From positions 210,001-242,000 of the forward strand of contig NC_013964.1 in NCBI RefSeq assembly GCF_000025685.1: a stretch of DNA of 32,000 nucleotides. The letters run 5' to 3'. The stretch comes from Haloferax volcanii DS2. Lineage in GTDB: Archaea > Halobacteriota > Halobacteria > Halobacteriales > Haloferacaceae. The position numbers were made by a program, and so were the translations under genes. The notes under the pieces are model-generated. The model saw nothing but the letters and a program-made list of their open reading frames with translations. It searched no databases and was not told the DNA's origin. Position 1 is the first letter of the stretch. The number at the start of each line of letters is the position of its first letter. Below, piece after piece: positions 16,697 through 23,831 of this stretch.

Positions 16697-17809
16697 TCAG
16701 ACCGACCCGATGTCCTCTTTTTTCCGCATGAGGTAGAGGAAGTACGGTCCCCCGACGAGGCCGGTGATGATGCCGACCGGGAGCTGAATCGGACTCAGCG
16801 CGAGTCGCGCGCCCACGTCGGCACCGACGAGGAGCGCCGGCCCGAGGAACGCACAGCCGATGAGGAGCCGCTTCGAGTTGCTACCGACGAGGTTCCGGAC
16901 CATATGCGGGACGATGAGGCCGACGAAGCCGACCAGTCCCGCGACGGCTATCGCCGCCGCCGTCGAGAGGATGGCGATACCGGCGACGGCGAAGCGGACC
17001 TTCTCGACGGGCATGCCGAGCGACTGCGCAGTCTCCTCGCCGAGGAGCAGCACGTCGAGTTCCTTGGTGACCGCGAGCGCGAGTCCGAGCGCGACGATGG
17101 TGAACGGGAGCGCGATACGCACCTGCGCCCAGTCGGTTCCGAGCAGCGACCCGGACAGCCACGCCTGCGCGGACATCACGACGCCGAGGTCGTTGATGAA
17201 AAAGAACATCGCGCGCTGGACGGAGCCGAAGACCGTCCCGACGACGACGCCCGCAAGGACGAGTCTGACCGGCGAGGTGCCGTTCTTCCACGCGATGAGG
17301 TAGACGAGGAGGAACGCGATTGCGCCTCCGACGGCGGCGAGCACCGGCATGAGCGGGAGCAGTCCCGACAGGAACGTCAGCGTGACGAGCACGACGAGCC
17401 CCGCGCCGTCGCTGATGCCGAGGACGTACGGACTCGCCAGTTCGTTTCGGGTGACGACCTGGAAGATTGCGCCCGAGACCGCGAGGTTGGCACCGACGAG
17501 GACGCCGACGAGAACCCGCGGCAGGCGAATGTTCCAGACGACGAACTGGCGCTGGGTGAACCATTCGGGGATGTCGCCGCCGAGCAGGAACGCACGCCAC
17601 ACGTCGGCGTCGAACACGACCGCCGAGTCGAAGACAGCACCCCACGCTTCGGAGAGGGTGAGGGGGTACGCGCCGAAGCTCACCTGTAAGAGCGTCGCCC
17701 CGAGGAGGACCGCGAGGCTGCCGACGATGACGAGGGCGAGCATCGAGTCGGCGTACCGGTCGCGCCACTCCGCGCGAACCGCACCGACCGCGTCTGTAAC
17801 CTTGCTCAT
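16697..17809 (-). CDS. FecCD/BtuC-family iron-chelate or cobalamin ABC transporter permease
   Basis: 370 aa, about 10 TM segments. RLPRVLVGVLVGANLAVSGAIFQ and GIITGLVGGPYFLYLM are typical of FecCD. Confidence 0.9.
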   Translation of the reverse strand: MSKVTDAVGAVRAEWRDRYADSMLALVIVGSLAVLLGATLLQVSFGAYPLTLSEAWGAVFDSAVVFDADVWRAFLLGGDIPEWFTQRQFVVWNIRLPRVLVGVLVGANLAVSGAIFQVVTRNELASPYVLGISDGAGLVVLVTLTFLSGLLPLMPVLAAVGGAIAFLLVYLIAWKNGTSPVRLVLAGVVVGTVFGSVQRAMFFFINDLGVVMSAQAWLSGSLLGTDWAQVRIALPFTIVALGLALAVTKELDVLLLGEETAQSLGMPVEKVRFAVAGIAILSTAAAIAVAGLVGFVGLIVPHMVRNLVGSNSKRLLIGCAFLGPALLVGADVGARLALSPIQLPVGIITGLVGGPYFLYLMRKKEDIGSV

Positions 17810-17815
17810 CGGGCG

Positions 17816-19012
17816 TCAGAAGTTCCCGTTGACGATGTCGACGAGGCGCTCGCGGTCGAACAGCTGTTCGTCTTCGGGCACGTCTCCGACCGCACCCGGC
17901 CACTCACCGAACTGGTCGGGATACACCATCTTGGCGACGGCTTCCGTCGAGAACATATCGACGATTGGGCCCATGTACTGCCCGGCGCTCCGGATGAGGT
18001 TGCCCTCCTGAACGGCCGTGAGCCGCTGTCCGCTCTCGTTGTTCTCGAACGGCTCGACGACGGTGTCGACGAACTCCTCGCGGGTCGAGGAGGTGAGCGC
18101 GCCCACCGCGCCGATGTAGTCGGGGTCGACGTTGATGAGCTCCTCGTAGCCGATGGGTCCCTCGGGGTAGCGTCCCTCGAAGGCGTCTTTCATACCGACC
18201 CGGAAGTACGACTTGGTGTTGTTGCCGAGGCGGTGGAGGGGCGCGACGCGGAACTGGCCGGAGTCGGGGCTGACGCCGCGCCAGATGGCGGCGACGGTGG
18301 GGCGTTCGTCCTCCGGCGGGAGACCGGCTTCGATAGTGCTCATGAGGTCGTCGTGGAACGACTGCCACGCCTGGAACTGCTGTCGGCGCTGGAACACCGT
18401 TGCGACCTTCTCGAACGCCTCGTAGAGCGTGTACGGATTCGGCTCGTTGCTGACGGCGGCCGTCGGGGCGAACCGGAGAGTCGTGCCGAGGAAGGGTCCG
18501 GTCTGGGATTCGACTTCCTCGTAGTCCGAGGCGTCCCAACTGACGTAGCGGCCGAGCGTGGCGCGGGCGATGAGCCACACGTCGGCGTCGGCGGCGTAGA
18601 AGTTCTCCTTGTCGAAGCCGGATTCCGCACCGCTCGCGAGCTTGGTGATTCGACTCTCGTCGAATTCGAGCCCGAGGAGGTCGTAGAACTTGAGCGGCGC
18701 GCGTTCGAGGCCGGTGGTCGCACTCGGATGGATGCCGAGCGCCATCCCCATATCGAGGAAGGGCCCGGAGGCGACGCCGTACGTCTCCGGCACTGCTTCG
18801 AACGTGTACGGGTCGTTCGGTTCTATCTCGACGGTGTACTGCCCGGCGCTCTCGGTCGTCTGTTCGGTCGTCGTCGACTCGGTGGCGGCCTCGGTTTCGG
18901 ATTCCGCGGCGGCCGTCGACTCGGAATCCGCGCTCCCGCCCGCGGTACAGCCAGCGAGAGCCGATGCGAAGAGTCCTGCACTTCCTGCGAGTATCTGTCG
19001 TCTTCGAACCAT
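17816..19012 (-). CDS. periplasmic-binding-protein (iron-siderophore/cobalamin type) lipoprotein
   Basis: 398 aa. MVRRRQILAGSAGLFASALAGC gives a Tat signal plus lipobox, followed by a T/E/S-rich linker. It lies immediately upstream of the FecCD permease. Confidence 0.85.
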   Translation of the reverse strand: MVRRRQILAGSAGLFASALAGCTAGGSADSESTAAAESETEAATESTTTEQTTESAGQYTVEIEPNDPYTFEAVPETYGVASGPFLDMGMALGIHPSATTGLERAPLKFYDLLGLEFDESRITKLASGAESGFDKENFYAADADVWLIARATLGRYVSWDASDYEEVESQTGPFLGTTLRFAPTAAVSNEPNPYTLYEAFEKVATVFQRRQQFQAWQSFHDDLMSTIEAGLPPEDERPTVAAIWRGVSPDSGQFRVAPLHRLGNNTKSYFRVGMKDAFEGRYPEGPIGYEELINVDPDYIGAVGALTSSTREEFVDTVVEPFENNESGQRLTAVQEGNLIRSAGQYMGPIVDMFSTEAVAKMVYPDQFGEWPGAVGDVPEDEQLFDRERLVDIVNGNF

Positions 19013-19016
19013 ATTA

Positions 19017-19032
19017 TTTAGGCCTGCCTAAA
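19017..19032. promoter_or_regulatory. perfect 7+2+7 palindrome TTTAGGC-CT-GCCTAAA at the binding-protein promoter
   Basis: Lies 5-20 nt upstream of the ATG at 19012 (minus-strand gene). A third TTTAGGC copy is at 19053-19059. Confidence 0.45.
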
Positions 19033-19539
19033 GACAGATAACCGTTTCGAAGTTTAGGCAACCCTAATAACGGGGTGTCGCACGACAATGTCGGGACACA
19101 CGCATATTTCGACCGTAGATATAATGATTATAACTGTGGTATCACCCATCTCTAATCCGGGTTGTCCAGTTAGCGAATATCCGAATTATCAGATGGGGTT
19201 ACTAACAACTCTCGCGTCGGTTTTCGACGCTCGCGTCCGCGGTGACGGGCGTTCGGTCGGTCGTGTTACGTCGTGCTGTCGCGTCGAATGGCTCGTCCCC
19301 TCCCGGGAGTTAGCCGGTGGACCGGTCGCAAACTGCTGTCGAAGTTGGGCTAATCCGTTCTCGCGTTTGTCGTCACCGCGCCGCCGTCCAGTCCAGCGCG
19401 AACGGTGCCAGTCTCAACCCTCCCCACGGAGTGTATTCGACCGACCACACCTACCCCATCTGAGTAATCCGAATGATTTGAATTTCCCGAACTACCTCGA
19501 TTTGTGAATTATGTGGATTGTCTGGAGTACTTCGGTAGT

Positions 19540-19589
19540 GTCGATACTGTCGATACGGCTCCATCGAGTCGATACATAATTCGACAGTA
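19540..19589. repeat. three direct GTCGATAC copies plus a 9-bp inverted repeat
   Basis: GTCGATAC occurs at 19540-19547, 19549-19556 and 19568-19575. TACTGTCGA (19545-19553) is inverted as TCGACAGTA (19581-19589). Confidence 0.8.
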
Positions 19590-20033
19590 GGCCATTATCG
19601 ACCAACTTTACAGTATTTAGATACCCTATCTAAGTCACATACTTCACATTATCTGAATTACCCACAGTCTCGGAGTGTATCACCACGGCCGCGGATTCGG
19701 GCGCGTCGGAGTCAGCTGTCTAAACGTGCGTAACAAGGATATTGTAGATAATCCAAATTATCTAGATTCGTCGAGTAGTTCAATTAACTGCAATTCTGTG
19801 GCTCGTTCGTCGTCGTCGCAGTATCCACCCAGATGAGAGGAGATACATAATCGGTCTACTTCGGCTTATCATTATTCGTCTCGTTATTCAGATTATTTCG
19901 CTATCGTAGGTTACCTCTATGGCCCACAGTCGAGATACTGTTCCACATCCAGATACTGTAAATTGTTTAAATTATCAGAATTGCTCGGATGTCCCCCCGG
20001 AACTGCACATCGTTGAGGAATCCGGTGGTGTTC

Positions 20034-20049
20034 GATTTTCCGGAAAATC
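20034..20049. repeat. perfect 16-bp palindrome GATTTTCCGGAAAATC
   Basis: Read directly from the sequence. It lies inside the 27-bp-phased AATCC triplet, 120-135 nt upstream of the deaminase start. Confidence 0.7.
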
Positions 20050-20134
20050 CTACTAGCTCAGAATATCGAAAGAATCCACGAAATCAGGATAATTTAGATA
20101 ACTCGACAAACCCGAATTACGACCCGCCGTTCGA

Positions 20135-20139
20135 TTTAA
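20135..20139 (+). promoter_or_regulatory. TATA-like TTTAA upstream of the deaminase
   Basis: Lies 30-34 nt upstream of the GTG at 20169. Confidence 0.35.
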
Positions 20140-20168
20140 CTCGGTCTCGGGAGTGAGCACAGGCGACC

Positions 20169-20630
20169 GTGACGACGCACTTCGACGACTTCGACCACGA
20201 GAGACACATGCGCGAGAGTTTCGAACTCGCCCGAAAGGCGGCCGCTCGCGGCGACGAACCGTTCGGGTCCGTACTCGTCCGCGACGACGAGGTCATCATG
20301 CGCGACTCGAACCGAATCGTGACGGAGTCCGATATCCGACGCCATCCCGAGTTACAACTCGCCTATCGGGCGTGTCGGGAGTACGACGCCGACGAGCGAG
20401 CGGCGATGGTGATGTACACCAGCACGGAGCCCTGTCCCATGTGCGCCGGCGGAATGGCGACCGCCGGGTTCGCGCGCGTCGTGTACGGTGTCGGCGGCGA
20501 CGAAATCGGGGAGTTCACGGGTTCGAATCCCGGCGTTCGGTCGGCCGCAGTTCTCGACGCCGTCACCGAGGTCGTCGGCCCCGTGCTGAACGACGAGGCC
20601 CGGCGGGTTCACCGGGAGTACGAGTGGTAG
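20169..20630 (+). CDS. CMP/dCMP-type zinc deaminase (nucleoside/guanine/TadA-like deaminase)
   Basis: 153 aa with a GTG start. GDEPFGSVLV, a zinc motif HPE (RRHPELQLA) and EPCPMCAGG. High GC, unlike its flanks. Confidence 0.85.
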   Translation: MTTHFDDFDHERHMRESFELARKAAARGDEPFGSVLVRDDEVIMRDSNRIVTESDIRRHPELQLAYRACREYDADERAAMVMYTSTEPCPMCAGGMATAGFARVVYGVGGDEIGEFTGSNPGVRSAAVLDAVTEVVGPVLNDEARRVHREYEW

Positions 20631-20674
20631 GAGCCAGCCAACCACCGCGACGAACGCCGACTCAACCGGAGCGC

Positions 20675-20698
20675 GAACGCCCGGAGCATCGGGCGTTT
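20675..20698 (+). terminator. stem-loop about 45 nt after the deaminase stop
   Basis: GAACGCCCG-GAGCAT-CGGGCGTT(T): an 8-9 bp stem ending in TTT. Confidence 0.4.
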
Positions 20699-21433
20699 CG
20701 AACAGTCAGAGATTCAATAGTTCATTCGAACACCCGTATCAAATATCAATCACAGCTACATTCACAGGTCGACACCGTATCGACGAGCGTTCGGGCCCAC
20801 TCGCTGAATCTGAATGTCGATACCGGCGGCGTATCTCCTCTAGCTGTATATTCACGGCTGACGAGGGCGCGTTCGAATCGAGCGACGTGTTCGGAACCGC
20901 TCCATCTCGTCTCCGAATCTCTCATTCGTGCACCAAACGGCTGTTTGTGCTCTGTAATGGGTGTACTACTCAGTTCGGCGGTCGATGAGGTACGTTCGAC
21001 GACGGCCGTCGTTCGCAAGCCGAGCCTCCTGTATCTGACTACCTAATTGTTCTCTTAGTAATATTGAAAATTGATACGAACGGGCAACTCGGTGAAGTCA
21101 CGTCAAGCTACGGACCGACCCGTCGTCGGCCGTTATCGAGACGAGACGTTGCGCTCGGACTGAGCGACAACGAGTATTTACATAATTCGAACGATGGTCT
21201 ACCTCACGGCGAACCACCGCAAATCATTACAACCATATGCTTGTAATCGATTTTCACTTAATCCCATATATCTGTATAATGTGCACACATGACACCATAC
21301 ATATTTACATAATGTAAGTTAGTGATGATAGTGGTGATAAGGCGGTGCGGTGACCGAACGGTGGAGTGTATCGTCGGTCGCACTCGTCGGGTGAGCTCAG
21401 GAACGAAATCACGGCGAACCGCCCGAGTTCGAC

Positions 21434-21463
21434 TCGAAGTTGGGCGAGTCTAAATATTTAATA
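21434..21463 (+). promoter_or_regulatory. malate synthase promoter: TCGAAGTTGGGC element plus TAAATATTTAAT TATA region
   Basis: The TTTAAT (21458-21463) lies 31-36 nt upstream of ATG 21494. The upstream 12-mer is repeated at 19339-19350. Confidence 0.45.
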
Positions 21464-21493
21464 TGTTTCGCAAGAGACGTTTCGACTGTCGAT

Positions 21494-22804
21494 ATGAGTA
21501 GCGACAGAAACTACGAACGAGAGTTCGTACGGACGTTCTTCACCTCGCCGACGGCGGTCAGCGGCGAGAACTCGGCGAAGATGTTGCAGAGCGCGGCCCA
21601 ACTTCGGGGGATGCAGGCCCCCGACACATGGATTCCGGACAACGAGGACGCCACGGCACCGTCGATGCGGGCCGAGGGCGTCCAGAACCTCGTCGAGGTC
21701 GTCTCCGAACACGGAGCCGACTTCCCCGGCGAGATTCACCCCCGCGTCGTGTGGCACCGCGACGACCCCTCGACCCGCTACGAGGGCTTCAAGCAGATGC
21801 TCGAAATCACCGACCCCGAAAACGGTGCGGTCGAGCACATCGACGGGTTCGTCATCCCCGAGGTCGGTGACCTCGACGACTGGAAGAAGGCCGACGAGTT
21901 CATCACCATCATCGAGCACGAACACGGTCTCGACGAGGGAAGCCTCTCGATGTCGGTCATCATCGAGAGCGGCGAGGCCGAACTCGCGATGAGCGACCTC
22001 CGCGCGGAGAAGGGCAAGCCGTCCAACAACCTCGAACGGCTGTTCCTCCTCGTCGACGGGCAGGTCGACTACACGAAGGACATGCGTGCGATGACGCCGA
22101 CCGGCGAGCTTCCGGCGTGGGCCGAACTGCGGCACAACACCTCCCGCGGGGCCAGCGCCGCCGGCTGTATCGCCGTGGACGGCCCCTACGACGACATCCG
22201 CGACGTGGAGGGCTACCGCGAACGCATGGTCGAGAACCGCGCCATGGGGATGACGGGTATCTGGGCGCTCACGCCCGGGCAGGTCGTCACCGCAAACGAG
22301 GCACCGCTGCCGCCGAAGACCGGCAGTTGGCTCCTCGAACTCGACGACGACGAAATCGAACTCGACGCCGAGGACGGTCGACAGGTGTACGACGGCGACG
22401 AACTCTCGCTCGAACAGGTCGGCGACGACAGCTACGTGCTCCGCGTCGACGGCGAAGAACAGGAACTCGACGCCGAGGAACTCCACGAGGAGCTGCTCGA
22501 CCTCACCACCTACGTCCCGAGCATGGACGACATCGTCGACTCCATGGAGGAGTTCGAGGCGGCCAAGGAGGCCGGCAAGGGCGCGATTGCGATGACGCAG
22601 GCGACGACGCTCGTCATCGACGGCGTCGAAGTCGACATCGCCAAGGACCGCATGTGGGACGAGGCGACCTATCAGGCCGCGATGACGCCCGTCGCCCTGT
22701 TCCAAGACGTGTACGAGCACCGCCCGGACCAACACGACGCCCTCGAGGAGATGTACGGCGAGGGCATCGTCGAGCGCGCGATGGCCGTCGGGACGGACGA
22801 CTAA
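21494..22804 (+). CDS. aceB: malate synthase, haloarchaeal type (HpcH/HpaI-aldolase / citrate lyase beta-like fold)
   Basis: Frame of ORF 21440..22804. Start placed at ATG 21494 (MSSDRNYEREFVRTFFTSPTAV...). As I recall, this closely matches the Haloferax volcanii AceB-type malate synthase (QAPDTWIPDNEDATAPSMR, IPEVGDLDDWKKADEF, LVDGQVDYTKDMRAMTPTGELPAW). Confidence 0.85.
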   Translation: MSSDRNYEREFVRTFFTSPTAVSGENSAKMLQSAAQLRGMQAPDTWIPDNEDATAPSMRAEGVQNLVEVVSEHGADFPGEIHPRVVWHRDDPSTRYEGFKQMLEITDPENGAVEHIDGFVIPEVGDLDDWKKADEFITIIEHEHGLDEGSLSMSVIIESGEAELAMSDLRAEKGKPSNNLERLFLLVDGQVDYTKDMRAMTPTGELPAWAELRHNTSRGASAAGCIAVDGPYDDIRDVEGYRERMVENRAMGMTGIWALTPGQVVTANEAPLPPKTGSWLLELDDDEIELDAEDGRQVYDGDELSLEQVGDDSYVLRVDGEEQELDAEELHEELLDLTTYVPSMDDIVDSMEEFEAAKEAGKGAIAMTQATTLVIDGVEVDIAKDRMWDEATYQAAMTPVALFQDVYEHRPDQHDALEEMYGEGIVERAMAVGTDD

Positions 22805-22884
22805 CGACCAGCAGTCAGCCTGACAACGCCAGCCAACCCGCACCCGCCATTTTCGCGCTTGGTACCTGAGACGGCGGTGTTTGC

Positions 22885-23649
22885 CTACGAGAGCGCCGCT
22901 TCCAGCGACTCGACGGCGTTCAGCAGTTCGTCGGCGAATTCGCGTTCGAGTCGCGTCATATCCACCTGATACTTCGGGCCGCCGACGCTGAGGCCGCCGA
23001 CGATACGCCCGTCGCCGTCGTGGACCGGCGCGCCGACGGCGATGAGATTCGGCGCGAACTCCTCGTCGACGACGGCGTACTCCTGAGTCGCGATTTCGTC
23101 CAACGCGTCGAACAGCCGGTCGGCGTTCGTAATCGTACCCTCCGACTCCCGCGGCAGCCCCCAGTGGTCGACTATCGACGCCACCTCGTCGCGGTCCAGT
23201 TCCGAGAGGATGGCTTTCCCCGCGGCCGTGTTGTGCAGATGGTACTCCGACCGGTAGCGGATGCCGTTCGCGTCCCGTCCCTCGTCGGTCGACGAGCCGT
23301 AACACATGAGCAGCCGACCGTGTTCGAAGATAGTGAAGTTCGCCTCTTGGCCGGTCGCGTCGGCCAGTTCGTCGACGACCCGCTCGACGACCTCGTCGCT
23401 CGGATACCGATGTCGGGCGCGCTCGCCCAACAGCGCCACCCTGAAACTGACGCGGTAGACGCCGTCGCGCTTGACCAGATACCGACTCTCCAGGAGCGTG
23501 TTGAGGTGACTACAAATGGAGCTTTTCGAACTGTCGACCATCGTGTCCAGTTCAGCGAGTGTGAGACCGTCGTGTTCCAGAATGAGGCTGAGAATCTCCA
23601 GCGAGGCCTGGGTCGTCTTGAGCCGTCGCCCGGTCACGTTCTCAATCAT
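22885..23649 (-). CDS. IclR-family transcriptional regulator
   Basis: In-frame part of ORF 22885..24630. Start at ATG 23649 (MIENVTGRRLKTTQASLEILSLILEHDGLTLAELD...); alternatives are 23676 and 23687. It has an N-terminal wHTH plus an IclR effector domain and is 254 aa long. Confidence 0.85.
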   Translation of the reverse strand: MIENVTGRRLKTTQASLEILSLILEHDGLTLAELDTMVDSSKSSICSHLNTLLESRYLVKRDGVYRVSFRVALLGERARHRYPSDEVVERVVDELADATGQEANFTIFEHGRLLMCYGSSTDEGRDANGIRYRSEYHLHNTAAGKAILSELDRDEVASIVDHWGLPRESEGTITNADRLFDALDEIATQEYAVVDEEFAPNLIAVGAPVHDGDGRIVGGLSVGGPKYQVDMTRLEREFADELLNAVESLEAALS

Positions 23650-23831
23650 ACACCAATTATTATCATGATGGTTCATAACTGTTGCCATAATGTAAATCAG
23701 CTGAACTGCCCCGCCAGCCCGGTCAATCCGGGCATGTTTCTCTCGTATTCCCGCGGGAACAAACGAAATAGAACGGTGGGATGCGTCGAACGCTGTTCGG
23801 TTCGCGTGCGTCGTGGCTGTTCGGTCGGCCG

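Larger units (their letters stand above)
19013..20168. other. AT-rich non-coding block (left arm of the island)
   Basis: 1156 bp without a credible ORF. Lines 19621-19680 and 19921-19980 each count 23/60 G+C (38%). The block is dense in reiterated short motifs (see findings). Confidence 0.8.
20631..21493. other. AT-rich non-coding block (right arm of the island)
   Basis: 863 bp. The only track ORFs (20746..21018 minus, 21064..21246 plus) have TTG starts and no family features. It contains long AT-rich runs, for example 21241-21320. Confidence 0.75.

Noticed and set aside
19088-19507. 139-aa ORF inside the AT-rich island, including an internal ATG at 19193 with two CC pairs
   Set aside because: It is strongly basic and R/S/P-rich. 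I estimate GC3 at only about 60%, and I expect well above 80% for genuine genes in a genome this GC-rich (I did not count GC3 for any gene here). No motif is present, and it runs through the repeated promoter-like words.
19540-19575. Short direct repeats considered as a mini CRISPR array
   Set aside because: The repeats are only 8 nt long with 1- and 11-nt spacers, and no cas genes or leader are present. They are treated as operator/iteron-like instead.
19923-20010. Replication-origin hypothesis for the island (GTTCCAC at 19940-19946; CCCCCCGGAAC at 19993-20003, a G-string on the reverse strand)
   Set aside because: There is no convincing haloarchaeal ORB (TTCCA-N-TGGAAAC core plus G-string). 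No inverted ORB pair flanks a DUE, and no orc1/cdc6 gene is in the window. I keep it only as an untested alternative.
20518-20533. tRNA T-arm-like sequence CGGGTTCGAATCCCGG, with a second GGTTCGAATC at 13621-13630, as a possible tRNA fragment or integration (att) site
   Set aside because: Both lie in-frame inside well-supported CDS (deaminase ...EFTGSNPGV...; wHTH ...QTEIRTSN...). There is no acceptor, D or anticodon arm, and no integrase or direct repeat partner nearby.
20746-21246. Track ORFs 20746..21018 (minus, 90 aa) and 21064..21246 (plus, 60 aa) in the right arm of the island
   Set aside because: Both need TTG starts. They have no signal, TM segment or family motif and have atypical composition. 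They are insufficient to call genes.
21322-21328. C-box-like GTGATGA suggesting a C/D box sRNA
   Set aside because: No CTGA D or D' box lies within the expected 50-70 nt, and there is no terminal stem.
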